Assembly: GCA_031835245.2 (NCBI GenBank)
Contig: JAVKOQ020000008.1
Location: 372,001 to 436,000, forward strand
DNA length: 64,000 nucleotides
Direction of reading: 5' to 3'
Source: Balamuthia mandrillaris
Lineage: Eukaryota
Made by a program: the position numbers and the translations under genes. This document shows positions 50,578 through 64,000 of the stretch, piece after piece (position 1 is the stretch's first letter; every line of letters begins with the position of its first letter). The notes below the pieces were generated by a model that worked only from the letters and a program-made list of their open reading frames with translations, was not told the DNA's origin and made no database searches.

Positions 50578-53500
50578 ATGTCCTTCAAGGTGTCCAAAAG
50601 GCGCTCCAGCGTAAACGCTCTACAAGGCGCCGATATCATTGAGATCACCGGTACGCAATTGCTTTCTCTTGCGTTTTCAACAAAAGTACTGAATCGTTTC
50701 TTTTTGTTGAAAAAAACATAGTAATCTCGGCGACAGGTTTGACGGCAAAGAATAACGCCACGTCCGATCCTTACTGCAAGTGCGTGCTCGGCAAGGAGAA
50801 ATGGAAGACCAAGGTCGTCAAGAAAAACCTCTATCCCGTTTGGAACGACTGCCGCACCATGTTCGACTTTCTCTTCTTCGCTTTCCTTGTGTTCTCTTGT
50901 TCTTGTTCTTCTTCTTGTTCTTGTTCTTGTTCTTCTTCTTCTTCTTGTTCTTGTTCTTCTTGTTCTTGTTCTTCTTCTTGTTCTTCTTCTTCTTCTTCTT
51001 CTTCTTCTTCTTCTTCTTCTTCTTCCTCCATTCTTTTTTTTTTGTTAATCTCACAGCACAACGAACAAACAACAGCATAATGGCAGGAGCACAAAAGCAG
51101 ACGCTGAAACTTTCTATATGGCATAAAGAAACTCTGTGGAAAGACGTTCGTCCTTCGCTCTTTGCTCTTTCTTCTTCGCTCGAGGCATTATGTAATGCTT
51201 GTTTCTTTATTTTCTTCTTTTTTTCTCTCTCTCTCTCTCTCTTGTTGTTTTAAAAGGCCTTTATGGGAGAATGTGAAGTTTCTTTGAGCACTTACGCTAA
51301 ACCCGGTCAAACCACTGATACATGGTTCAACCTGAATCCAAGAAACCGTTCAAAGAAAGACAACGTTTCCGGCAAGATTAGGGTTTCCATAATGATGCAG
51401 GTGGGTTTCTGTTAACTCTTCTTTCTCTTCTGTTCTTTTTCCGTCTCCTATTCCCTCTCCTTTCTCTATCTCACAGTTCATAACATAGGGAGACAATAAG
51501 ACCGATTCGTCTTCTTCTTCCTCGCCTTCACCTGCTTTAAACTGTTCTCCTTCTTCTTCTTCCTCCAAAACTGGAAAATCTCAAGAAGCACCATCTGCGT
51601 CACCAACTCCACAACAACGGCAACCACAAGTTGTTCCTTCCGTAAGCGTTACTGTGGCTAGTGATGACAGCAAAGAAGATAAAGGCAAGGAGAAAACCAA
51701 AGAGTCAACCAATGAAGAAGAGGAGGAGGAAGAGGAAAAGGTGAAGGAGAAAGCGAGCAATAAAGCCAATGAAGAACGAACAACCAGTCAAAGCACGCTT
51801 GCCCGCATGATTCAAGAGATTCAAAAAGTCTACAATAATCCTGCCTCTTGTGTAAAAAGTACTCTCTCTCTCCCCTCTTTCCTCTTATGTAAGTATTCTT
51901 ATTGCAGCTATTTCTTTTTAAATATCTAAGAGCTGAAATGGGATGAGAAGGGCAACGTTTTGGCGTTTCTATTGGTAACGGATGACTCTAGGATGGTATC
52001 TCTCTCTGTCTTTGTAGGAGAGGAATATCCTATTCAGCGACCTGTGTTAATGATGGAGGGCACCGTTGGCGCCATCGACGAAAGCAAAGTTGAGGTTAAA
52101 AAGCTTCCTCTTCTACTCTCTCCTCGTCTAATATCCATTGCAATGTTTAATAACTGTATTTTCTTCGCTGGTTTTAGAATTTGATACAAAAGACCAATGA
52201 ATATGCCTCCAAACGGGCCAACACTTTGGCTGATATCATGTCTTTTCTTTCAACACGTATGTTTCCTCCCTGCTGCTCTGCTTTGCACTCTTCTGCTCTG
52301 TATTGCTCTCCTCTATTCATCTCTCCGCTGCTTAAATTTCTCTCTCTGTCCCTCTCTCCCTCCCTCCCTCCCTCTCTCGTTCTTTCTCTTCTTGAGTTCT
52401 TAACTGACATGAACAATAAAAACCATTCAACAGACTTTGATAGAATGTTGAACAAAGGAAAGATGAAACAAGCACTTAAAACAGGACAATCTGTCAATCT
52501 GAAGGCTACGCTCAATGCTAGTCTTGCCATCTCGCAGGCACTCGGTGAGTCATGGAGAGTTACCAGCATGAATGGGGTATGTTTGTCTCTTGTCTTTGTT
52601 TGTTTGTTTTTTTGTCTCCTTAATCCTTTCATTTCTCAACTTCTCGTTTAAAGGATGACGAAGACTGTGATTATTACTCCGATGAAGACTACTTTGACGA
52701 GGAAGTTTACGACTGGGACGATATTCCTCCGGTTAGTTTCTCGCTTTCTTTCTTGTTCTTCGTGTTCTTTTCTGAAGCTTTGTTCTCTCTTTCATATAGG
52801 AAGAAACGTTGATAGAGAAACACGTCAAACAAGTGCAAATCGTTTTTGGTAGAGACTCCTGTACCTTATGGCGAGAGCTAAACACCGTTCGTCTGTTCCT
52901 TGATGCTCATTTCCTGGACGCGGAAGCGTGTGAGGCCATGGGCGTTGACATTGAAGAACCCATCACCATTGCCCTCCAATTCGGACCTGGTTACCTCGAA
53001 AATGATAAAGTATAGCATCTCTTTCTCTTCTCTCTTTGTTTATTATCTTTCTCGTTTATCTTTTGCTTTACTCTCGCTCTCTATCATTCCTCTGTTTCTT
53101 TCTCTCTTTTTATTACCTTCTCTCTTGTATTGCTTTTCTCACAAAAACGTTCTACTGTTCAATAGATTCCAGGTGTAGAAGTGAAGCAATCCCAAAACAA
53201 ACGCTTTGGTTTGGAGTTTCAGCTTACGGAAATAGCGAGAGCATTCCTGAAGAATAACTGGCCCTCTCGCCGTATGGGTTTGTCTTTACAAGCTGCCTCT
53301 GATACTGTTGAACGTTCAAGAGTACTTTCTCCTTTTCCTTGAAGGCTTTCTTCTTCCTCTGCCTGCTCCTCCCTTCTTATTATCTCTGTTTATTAGATGG
53401 TAGCTCGCACACAAAACATAAAAGAGTTGTTGCAACAAGGATTTGACCAGCTGGCAGCAGCAACAGCTCTCGAGATGGCGTCCAACCAACTGGATGTAGC

Positions 53501-54119
53501 CACTAACTTGCTTGCTGTTGAGGGAGGCTCTGTGGATTCCACCCAGATCATTGATAGCGAAGGTAAACAAGCGAGAGAGAGAGAGAGAGAGGGAGGGAGG
53601 GAGGGAGGGAGGGAGAGAGGTCAATCACAACCTAAACATGAATTTCTGCCAAACACATGTAACACCAAACAGAGGCCAAACACAACTTCATTGCATGGAT
53701 GATGACCTACATGCTTAGTCGCCTGCGCAACTGCACGAGCTACTGCATAGTTTGCGACACGGAATTGTTCGGAGGAGGCATAAAGCCAGTCGTGTGCGAT
53801 CAGGAAAGCTGTGTTTGGAGGTACGAGGAACTCGGGCTTGGAGCCAAGATCACGAATGATGTCTCTTTGGATGCGAACGTGGTGGATATGCTCATTTCGA
53901 TGTGCGTTGCTGCTTCCTATAGCAATCGTAGCGACCTTATATTTGCTCCTTTTCCTCGAGGTATCATTGCTTTGTGTTGTTCTTGTTTCCTTTTCCTACT
54001 AATTCCTTTCCACTTTGTCATTGAAACAGACTTCATCAACGCATCTGGAGGAAAGGATTTACCTCGTTTGGTAGGCATCATCAAACAAACCACACGTTAA
54101 GAATCTTTCTTTGGCTTAC

Positions 54120-54158
<39 letters not shown>

Positions 54159-55139
54159 TTAGAAACGTGTTCTTGGATTGATGCCTCCAGTTTCAGAGAT
54201 TGCACAGTACACCGAGGAAGAGCGAGCTCTTCGTAAGTACCTTGAGGACATTGATTCCGATCTCTATCGATTGTTGCGGTGGATCCTTACTACCAATCGA
54301 GCTTACATCAAAACTTTAGACGCTGAAAAGGTTTTTTTATTTTTTATTTGTTTCATCATGTCGCTCTCTCTTTCTCTCTTCCTTCGCCGATCTTGTTCTT
54401 TGGTTTCATGCATGACAATTTTATTATTAATATAATTTTTAAAAAAAAACAGCACATCACACAAATGAACACACCACATCAATACGTTTTGTTGAGCAGC
54501 CCACCTGAGAAACGGGCCAAGTTTGTCAACTACAGGCGCCAATACGGCAGTTTCTTTGCCTTTCACGGAAGCTCTTTGGAGAATTGGCATGCCATCATGC
54601 GAACCGGTCTTAAGAATCTTAGTACGTTTCTTTTATTCAGTTCTCTCTCCTTCTGTCTCTTCCTCTGCTGTTTAACCAACAACAAAACAAAAAGGCAACA
54701 CAAAACTGATGACAACAGGAGCAGTTTATGGAGCAGGCATTTATCTCTCTCCGCATGCCAACACATCTAAGGACTACTCCAGGGCAGGCAAGGGATGGGA
54801 CAAAAGCGTCTTTGGGGATGGCAACATCAATTGTATTGCCATTTGTGAAGGTTTGTTATAGATTATTTTTGAAATTCTTTATTGTTTTTGCTTATTGAAA
54901 GCCACAAACAAACAAACAAACAAACCAAACAAACAGTTATCAACCATCCCTGCTTGAAAGGCCAGCCGAATCCACATTACGTCGTTCCTGACGAAGACCT
55001 GGTGATCACCCGCTTCTTTTGTATCTATACCAACACCACGATTCCAGCCAAAGTGGACCTCGGCAGCCTCCGAGACTATCTCTACTCGCTGCAAGGCTAT
55101 GTTCCACAACAGGATGGCAAAGGCTCTTCTTCCGGCTAA
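50578..55139 (+). CDS. C2 domain + PARP6/8-like mono-ADP-ribosyltransferase, many exons
   Basis: N-terminal C2 (SDPYCK..KTKVVKKNLYPVWN), UBA-like segment, YCIVCD..KPVVCD..C, FAFHGSSLENWHAIMRTGL, GAVYGAGIYLS, CIAICE and YVVPDEDLVITRF. Confidence 0.85.
50890..51030 (+). repeat. (TTC/TTG)n intronic microsatellite
   Basis: Visible in an intron of the C2-PARP gene. Confidence 0.9.
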
Positions 55140-55811
55140 CAAACAAACTAAAAAGGAAGTAAAACATGTTGTTGCCTTATTTCTACAACGCCGTTCAAAC
55201 GGCTGGTGTGTGAAGCTTACCAGGCACGCGAGGCATGATGGGCGAGAAACAAAGTATCTAGAATCGGCAAAGGGGAGAATTTTAAAATTAAGAAAATTCT
55301 CCGAATTGCCCGACCATCTGAAATTACCTTAAATAAGACCACACACGTCACCCTCCTTTCCTCTATTAAAGGCGCCAGTTACTCCTGAAACTTTTAAGGT
55401 AGGTAGCTGACGTAAGTCAAGCCTTAAATTTCACCGCTTTGTTTTTTTTTTTTTGATTGTTTGCGTGTCGTGCCTCACAGTGCGACAAAGTTCTTCTCTT
55501 CATTTTTTCCATTTTTTCCAAACCAAAAAAAAAAACAAACAAACTTTGCGCTTCCCGTTGCCTTTCCGCAACAACAACACCCTAAAGGCACAAGGGACGG
55601 AGAAAAAAAAGTAGTGAGAGGCAAAAAAAAAAAATAGATTGGATTTGTTTTTTTTTTTGTGGAGAGGTACCACCACACCACACCCCCTTTATTTTATTTT
55701 TTTTTCTACTTCTTCTTCTTCAGCTCTTTACGATTGGAAAGCACCGCTAACACGTTCTCTTTTTTTTTTTTGTTGTTTCAGTATTTTTTTTTTTCTGTTT
55801 GGTAAACAACT

Positions 55812-57916
55812 ATGAAGATCATTGACAAGATCAACGCTGCCATTGAAGACGGCCATCCGTTCTTCTCCTTTGAGTACTTTCCTCCAAAGACTGAAGATGG
55901 TTCGCTGCTCATCACTCACCGACATCGTTTCTTCCTTTTTCTTTCTTTCTTTGATCTCTCCATTTTCTTTCTTTCGACCGTTCTGCTACTTTTTATTTCT
56001 TTTGTGCCTTCCCATTCGATTAACTCGAAAACAAACAAACAAACCAAAAATACAGGCGTGGACAATCTGTACGATCGGTTGGACAGGATGGCCATCGTGG
56101 ATCCTCTATGGATCGACGTTACCTGGGGCGCTGGCGGCAGCACCGCACAAAAGACGCTGGAGATCTGCAAAACCGCCCAGCAGCTCCTGGGCTTGGAGAC
56201 CATGATGCACTTGACCTGCACCAACATGCCGAGGGAGAGCATTGATGAGGCGTTGCGGGAAGCCAAAGCTGCTGGCATACAAAACATTCTCGCTTTGAGA
56301 GGAGGTATGGCTGTAACTCCTGTCTTCTGTGCTTTGCTTGCTTTTTCTTCTCTTCCTTCCTTCCTTCTCGCTCTCTTTTTTTAATATTTTCTAACGAACT
56401 TTTGTTACCGTTGCGACTTGCAGATCCGCCCAGGGGAGAGGAATGGAAGAAGAGTACGGAACATACCATCCATTACCACTTTTTGTCGTTGCGTCATTTT
56501 TTTTTGTTCACCCATCGCTAACCTTCCCTTTCTCTTGTTGTTGATAATTACAGTTGAAGGAGGTTTTGGCCACGCTGTAGATTTGGTGCGTTACATTCGC
56601 CAGCAGTATGGAGACTATTTTGGAATCTGTGTTGCTGGTAATTACTGCTTCTGTGCACTTTTGCTCTTCTCTCTCTCTCTCTCTCTCTCTGCTTGTTGTG
56701 CATGGCTTTTGACGCTTCTTTTCATTGTAGGTTATCCCGAGACACACATTGACGCTGAGAGCAGACAAAAGGACATGCAGTACCTCAAAGAGAAAGTCGA
56801 TGCCGGAGCTGACATGATCATTACACAACTCTTTTACGATACCGAGCTCTTCCTTCAGTATGTGAAGGACTGCCGTGATCTCGGTTCGTTCTTCCTCTCG
56901 CTCTCTCGCTCTCTTTCTCCTTTTTCTTATGACGTTTCAATTCAGGTATCACATGTCCCATCATTCCTGGTATGATGCCAATCCAAACATACGGCGGCTT
57001 CAAGCGCATGACCACCCTTTGCAAGACTTTTGTCCCCGAACACATCACCAATGCCCTCGAGCCCATCCAGAGCGATGACTCCGCCGTGAAGAGCTACGGC
57101 GTGAAGCTCTGCATCGAGATGTGCAAACGCCTGTTGGAGGCCGGCATCCCTGGCCTTCACTTTTACACACTCAACTTGGAGAAGTCCGTCACCCGTATCT
57201 TGCGTGGCCTAGAGCTCATCGGTGGTGATGCTCCTGCCTCCCGTCGTTATCTCCCTTGGCGCTGCGTAAGTCTCTCCTTCTGTCTTTTCTCTTTTCTCTT
57301 TTTCTTTTCATTCTTTTATTCTGACCTTAAAATTTACAAATGAAAGTCTGCACATTTGGAGAGAAAAGAACAGGAGGAGGTGCGTCCGATATTCTGGAGC
57401 AACCGCCCACGCAGCTACATGAAGCGCACGGCTAGCTGGGACGACTTCCCCAACGGTCGCTGGGGTGACGCCCGCAGCCCCGCCTTTGGCGAGTTCACCG
57501 ACTACCACCTGACCCCTTCCGAGACGACCACCACCAACCCCAAGGCTGCCGCCAGGAAGAAGATGTGGGGAGAGGAGCTCAGGACAATGCAGGACGTCTG
57601 GAAGGTCTTTGTCAACTACTGCAAGGGGGAGATCAACCAGCTGCCCTGGAACGACATCCCCATGGCTAGCGAGTCCAAGGACATCCAGGCCCAGCTGGTC
57701 AAGCTCAACGAGCACGGCTTCCTGACCATCAACAGTCAGCCGAGGGTGAACGGAGCGGACTCTGCGGACAGCGTGTTTGGATGGGGAGGCCCCGGAGGGT
57801 ATGTCTATCAGAAGGCCTACGTGGAGTTCTTTACCTCGCCGGAGAACTTGGAGCTGTTCTTGAAGGAGGCGTCCAAGCATCCTTCCCTTTCCTACCACTG
57901 CGTCAACATGAAGGTA

Positions 57917-57968
<52 letters not shown>

Positions 57969-58357
57969 CTTTTCTTCTTCTTCTTTTCTTCTTCTTTTCT
58001 TTCTCTTTTTCACTCAAAAATAAAATAATAATTACAAAGGGCGAGTCCATTTGCCACAGCGGGAGGAACGACAAGGACAAGAGCTACACGGTGGCGGTGA
58101 CCTGGGGCGTCTTCCCCGGCAAGGAGATCATCCAGCCCACGGTAGTCGACACGAACACCTTCCTGGTGTGGAAGGACGAGGCCTTTGCCCTGTGGGACTC
58201 GCAATGGGCCAGCCTCTACGAGCCCGGCTCCCCCTCGCAGCAGCTCATCGCCAGCCTGCGGGACACGCACTACCTGGTCCACATTGTCGACAACAACTTT
58301 GTCTCTGGCGATATTTTCAAGATATTTGATTCGATTATCGCCAAACAAAGTTCCTAG
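55812..58357 (+). CDS. MTHFR: Methylenetetrahydrofolate reductase (eukaryotic type with regulatory domain), multi-exon
   Basis: [73 protein letters not shown] and [16 protein letters not shown]. Confidence 0.97.
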
Positions 58358-58442
58358 TCGATAATTTTCCAAAAACAAAAAAAAAACGATAAAATTGTTG
58401 TGTGTGTTATTTATTTTTATTTATTTTATTTATTTTTTTTTG

Positions 58443-58670
58443 TTATGCTGTGTTGATGAGAAGAGGCTCTTTCTCTCCTTTGCTTTCTTGATCTTTTGTG
58501 TGGGTGGTGCTTTGGTGGTGGTGGTGGGCATCGTGGGGGAAGAGGCATCGTCCCAAAGGAAGAATTCCGAAATAAACCAGGTGGCAAGCGGCCATGGCAT
58601 CCACCACTACCGCGCCCAACTTTATCAGTTCCATCACATGCGTGGCATCGCCCTATAAAACTTGGCATTA

Positions 58671-58731
<61 letters not shown>

Positions 58732-59542
58732 AAACAAAGAGAGAGAACGAGAGAAGGGTGCCTACCCGAAAGCCATGCTCTTCCAGAAAAAACAATTCCA
58801 AAAAAGTGAAAACCCCCAACGGAATGCCGCTCCACAAAAGGTCGCACAACAGCAACAATTCGAACACTTCCAAAAGCCACTTGGCGCTCTCCCTGACCTC
58901 TCCATGGCGTATCACCTCCCATCCTGTTCTTAGTAGGGCGTACAGCCGCAAGAATACCACCATCACTTTCCAAACGATGGCTATCACGAGAATGCCTGCT
59001 CCTCCAGCAGCTCCGCCGAAGGAGGTGAAGCTCTCAAAGAATGGCTTTTGGCCTGCACGTTTGAGGAGGCGGTTCAGAGTTGGACGCCCAACGAACAGGA
59101 ACAGGAGAAAAGGGAAGGTTCCGATCATGGTTAACAGCAGACGTATGTAAAATAAGTTGTGTTCTGTATCGTCCTCTTCATGGCTTTCTCCCAGCAGAGT
59201 TGTTGCGGTGTATGTGTAGTTGCTGTTCTGTTTGTCAAAGTAGAGAATAAGTCCTTTGACCAGAAGCTGAGTGTCGGCCACGAGGTCAGACAATCCGCAA
59301 ACATGGATGAAGAGCAGCAACAGGAGCCACACACTCGGCAGAAAGTGTTCCACAGAGTGAATGACCAGAGCGAAAGGGATAAAGAGGCTGAGCACCAGCA
59401 GCAGAGTGAAACCTTCCAACAGAAACGGGGAGAAGCAGAAAACACAGCAAAAAAGAAGAATGTGAGAAACGCAATCCAAAGCAGTGATGTGCGACAGCTT
59501 CAGCCGAGAGAGCAGCGGCAGTATCTCCTCGTTTAGGGCCAT
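58443..59542 (-). CDS. Uncharacterised multi-pass membrane protein, probably 2 exons
   Basis: ORF 58634-59575 has several hydrophobic segments. A (CT)n intron near 58650-58765 would join it to the 58443-58637 ORF. Confidence 0.55.
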
Positions 59543-59674
59543 TATGTTTATTCTTGTTGGTGGAACAGGACCCAAAGCCTTCCTCCGCTAACTTGTAAAA
59601 GTCCCTTCTCATTAATTGGCAAATTGTTTATTAAGGCGCAGACCACCAATCAACCTGTATTTCTGAGACGAACT

Positions 59675-62600
59675 TCAGTTCGCTTGCTTCTTGTTTGCTC
59701 GTTTGCTCTTCTTGGCCTGGTTCTTTTTCATGTGAAGGCCTGCTGTGGCCATCTTCACGTCCGGTATCATCTGCAACACGATTTCCGTGTCGTTGACGCA
59801 CTTCAAGAGATTCTTCTCGTGCTCCGTTGCTTCCGACATGTGCAAGAAAAAGTGCATTGCCGCTTTGCTCGCTGCAAATAATTCTCGTTAAGTAGAGAGG
59901 GAGAGAGAGGGGAGAGGGAGGGAGAGAGAGAGAGATTTTTACCTTTGCCCTTCTTAGCAGAACCTGGCAAGAGTTTCACTTTATACTTGTAGTTCTGAAG
60001 AACGGGATAAGGAGCACAGACCGGAATGGCAAAGTGAAGGACGTCATCGGGAAGAGGATTGCCAGTGAACGAACTCAAATCGGTCAACAGCTCCTTTTCT
60101 TCCTCTTCTAAAGTTTTGATGTTTTCCTCTTCCATCAACAAACGTACCTCCTCGTCTTCTTTCTCTTTCTCTTCTCTCTTTTCCTTCCTCGTTTTTCGTT
60201 TGTTGGCGTTGGCTGCATCATCGGCAACAACAGCCTCCTCCTGCTGTTCTCCTTCCTTTGTGTGTTCTTGTTTCTTCTGAATTTCTTCGTGAAGATGTTG
60301 TTGTTGCAAAAGTTCAAACTTTTGGTTGAGTTGGCGTTGACGTTCCTTTCGTTGCTGCTGCTTCATTCGTTGATGCTCCAATGCTTGTTGCCTCTTCTCT
60401 AGTTTTTCTCTTTCTTCTCGTTGTTTCTCTGGATTGCCAGCTGACTAATATTTTCATAAACGAGATGCACCAAAGGTCAAAAAAAAAACACAAATAAAGT
60501 AAAAAGAGAGCAAGAAAAAAAGGTTTAGCGTACGGCTAACAACTCGAGAGCAATTCTGCGTTCTTCCTCGTCCTGATCCGCATATTTGCGTTGGATCCTC
60601 TTTTGTTTGCCTTTCTTGCCACGAGGAGCTTGACGCGCTTTATCCTCTCCTTTGTGTTGTTGCTGCTGTTGCTGTTGTTGATTCAGAAAGAAAAAAGTCA
60701 ACAAAAGAAGGAAAATGAAGAAAGAGGATAAACCTTTTTTGCTTTGTTGCTTTGTTGTTGAGGCTTCGTCAAGTCTATTTGATCAGGATTTAATCCTCTC
60801 TTCTTGAGCTTCTTCAAACGTCTCTTTTCAGCGGCGTTGAGTCTTGCTTTGTTAGTACTATTTGCTTGTTTCGTCTCTTGTTCGTCTTCTTCGTCTTCGT
60901 CGACGTCTTCTTCTTTGTGTTGTTGTTTAGCTTCTTGCGTTTGTGGAGTATCCATCATCAACTTCACTCTGTAAGCACTAGGAGTTGGCTCTCCTTCCTC
61001 TTCGTCAGACTCTCCTTCTGAAGAATGTTCACCTTCTTCCCCCTGTTCGTTCTTGTCTTCCTTCTCTTCTATTTCATCGCTGTCTTTATCTTCATTCTCT
61101 TTAGCTTCCTTTTCTTCTTCTCTCTTTGAAGCATTAGCGGAAGGCTTTTCCGTTCCAGCTTTCTTTTCCTCACGTGTTTCTTGTTGTTCATTTGCTTCTT
61201 CGTCATCTTCATCTTGTTCTTCTTCAACGCTTTCCTCCTGTGCAGTTTCCTCATCTTCGTTGCCTTTGTCTTGTCCTCTAATTCTACGTTCATTCACATG
61301 ATTGGGAATGGAGGACTCATCTAACTTGAAAAGAAAGCCCAAGCCCATCACCAACGGCGCTGGAGGCAAATAGTTCTTCTTGCCACGTATCATGAAACTT
61401 CCTGTCACCAGGTATTCTCCGGAAGGTGCCGTTTTCGATACCTGCATATGAGATGAACAATTTTAAGAAAAAAGATTAAAAACAGAAGAGAGGGTAAGAA
61501 CGAACCTGATGGTGGTGCACCCAGTAGGCACTGGTAACTACTTTGGCCTTCCACGCCGCGCTCCTGCACACTGTCATTTGTCCGGCTTGCGCCAATGTCA
61601 GAGGAGGTATCGCTGTAGCCGAAATGATATTAGACACAAGAGAGAGAAAAAACATTGAGAAGGCGATTGCACGTTTATCGGAGTCGTTGTTGCGAACAAC
61701 ACAGCTGCTGGCGCCATGAATGTCGGCGTGCACGTACGCATCTCCTTTGCGCAGATATCTCTTCACAATCAGCTATACCAAGAGGCAACTCTTTCAGCAA
61801 CGGCGATAAATAATGAAAAAACGCAAACGAGAATATTACCTCATTTTGTTGGGCATCTCTGCCGCTGATGATGAGATAATTCTCGGAGGAGATAAACCAA
61901 TAAAACTTTTCAAACCAATAGGTCTTTCGTATCTTTTGGATGCTGGCCTTTATCTTGACTTCATTGAGAGAGGCACGAGCTTTCTTCTCAGCAGCTTTCA
62001 TCGCGTGTTCGGCAGCATCAATTGTCTTTTGGTGTTTTTGCTCCGACTTTTTCTTGGCTGAGTAATAAGCCTGCGCGTTGGCGTAAGCTGATAGAGAGAT
62101 ATCTACATCAACCTACAACGCATTCATTCGTCAGAAGGATATAATACAGAGAACAAGAAAAGACATCGGAGAGTGAGAAAAAGAGAAAGAGAGAACGGAG
62201 CGCCAGGCATAGAGGAGGGAACAGAGACAAACAATAGAGAGAACGGAAAGTACCTTGTTGCTAGCAGAAGCAACATCCTCATCGAGCCTGTGCGACAGCA
62301 ACAATGTGACCTGATTCGTTTCCAGCTTGAGTCGATGCACAATGTTGGCGATGGGATCTCCATTCTTTCGTGCCTCTTTGATGATCCCCCACAGTTCGTT
62401 CCAATCGACTCCCCGAGAGAGCTCCGTACGCATAATCATGATGGCTGCTTCTACGTCTTCTAAGTTCTCCTCGATTAGCCGAGCTTTGTCCACGTTCTCC
62501 AGTTGAGCCTTCTTCAACGATTGGATACGGCGCGTCTGATCTTCTTTCACTTTATCCAGCTTCTTAATAACGACACCTTCCTGAGCAACGCGTTGCTCCT

Positions 62601-64000
62601 CTATTCGTTGCGCCTCTATTTGAGAGAAAAAGGTGTCGACAGCACGGTCGAAGGAGTCGTATTCCAGAAAAGGTTGTCCTTCAAACTGCTTGTAAAGAAA
62701 AGGAACAAAGACGGAGAATGCTTGTTGTTCTTGTTGCGGTGCAGTTTCTCCTTGTTCTTTGTTTTCTGTTTCTGTTTCTGTTTCTTTATCCTTTTCTTTC
62801 GCTTGCTCTTCCCGCTCCTCATCTTTGGTTTGTTTGTTGCCTTTCTTTTTCTGAGCTCTGCTCTGAGCTCCTTTCTTGTTGGCTGCTTGACCCTTAGGTG
62901 TTTTCAAGATAATATAACCCTGTGGAGTACCAAGAAAAACAAGCATAAGAAAAAGAAGAGAGCAAGAGGAGGTTTAGGTTTATAACTAATGAGAACCTTT
63001 AGTGGTTGGTCGTACAAGGAGGTCGCGTCAGCAATAGCACAGAGCAATGGTTCGCTGAAAGCAGGATCTGTAACCAATAACATAGTTGAGTTGACAGCAA
63101 AACAATATCTTGAAAGCAAATGGGTGAGTACTAACCCCATTCAGAAATCTTGAGGCCGGGTTTCAGCCCAGCTGTCAATATCAAATGCTCCACCAACGTA
63201 GGCCCAAAGTCTGTGGTTCATCAGTGAAAAAAAAGATGGGTGTTATCAGAGAGAACGAGGGATAGAAGCGCAGAATGAGAAGCGAGCAGCATAGAACATG
63301 AGAAACCGAGAAGAGAAGAGAGAAATAAAGACGAGGAAAGAGAAGCTGAGAACAAGAGAAAGAGCAGGCAGAAGAAGTGAGGAAAGAGAAGAGAGAACGA
63401 GAAGAGACGAGAACATACCAAGTTTGCTGTTCAGCAAATGCCTCAACTCCATCTTGCTCCTCTTCTCCTCCTCCACGCTGGCCAACATCTGCTCCAACTT
63501 CTCCTGCCCCACCGGCGCCAACACATGAGCCAGATGCACCGGATACTTATGCCCAGGCGCAATGTTGTACGACGTCTCTCCTTCTCCTCCACCGTCTCCT
63601 CCTCCAGCAGCGCCAGCTTCAAACTTGTAAGGACGAAGCAAGGCCAGGATGACATAGTCCTTGTCGGTGAGGATGATGTTGCCCTGGGAGTAGAGCTCGA
63701 GGATCAGGTGGTGCTCGGCGGGGCCGCTGCCCACCGTAAAGTCGATGACACGATCCACTCCCAACTGCTTCACCTCTTCGATGCGTTTGGTTCGAATGTG
63801 TTTTCTCAACTGCACTTAAAAAAATAATGAATGAATGAATGAATGAATGAATGAATGAAACGAAAAAGAAGAAGAGAAGGGGGGAAGAAAAAGAGAAAAA
63901 AAAAACAACCCTGAGCGCAAAGACGGAAGGGACGTTGTGGTGCTCGCGTTGGAACTGGGTGGTGTGCACGCGGATGGCGGACTCGACCAGGAGAAAGGCC
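59675..64000 (-). CDS. NEMF: NEMF/Rqc2 ribosome quality-control factor, 5' end outside the window
   Basis: [98 protein letters not shown] and [18 protein letters not shown]. Confidence 0.96.

Noticed and set aside
57920..57970. Long poly-T run as a retroelement tail
   Set aside because: Lies just after an intron donor in MTHFR, matching the general pyrimidine-tract pattern; no target-site duplication or element body seen.

Overview
Gene-dense, intron-rich eukaryotic DNA with short GT-AG introns packed with microsatellites. The style suggests an amoebozoan protist, possibly Balamuthia/Acanthamoeba-like; this is an inference. About 24 protein-coding genes can be supported. Recognisable families are PP2C, a bacterial-type RecQ, an MBOAT acyltransferase, an OTU deubiquitinase, Rad52, a mitochondrial LEA-like protein, GlcNAc-1-phosphotransferase, fimbrin, ATG4, C2-ankyrin, an AT-hook/Zn-finger protein, HID1, CstF-64, a cyclic-nucleotide PDE, LETM1-like, CAP/PR-1, C2-PARP, MTHFR and NEMF. 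The main discovery is hidden by introns and invisible in the ORF track. After manual splicing, two unannotated genes about 10 kb apart (19210-22711 and 32199-33948) both align colinearly with the HAP2/GCS1 class-II fusogen (fusexin) ectodomain and share three intron positions. One is membrane-anchored with a degenerate fusion-loop region and an extra Cys-rich stalk. The other appears secreted, keeps the fusion-loop cysteines and stops before domain III and the TM segment, which suggests a possible two-component fusexin system. All splice models were made by eye and all family assignments come from remembered motifs, not database searches.
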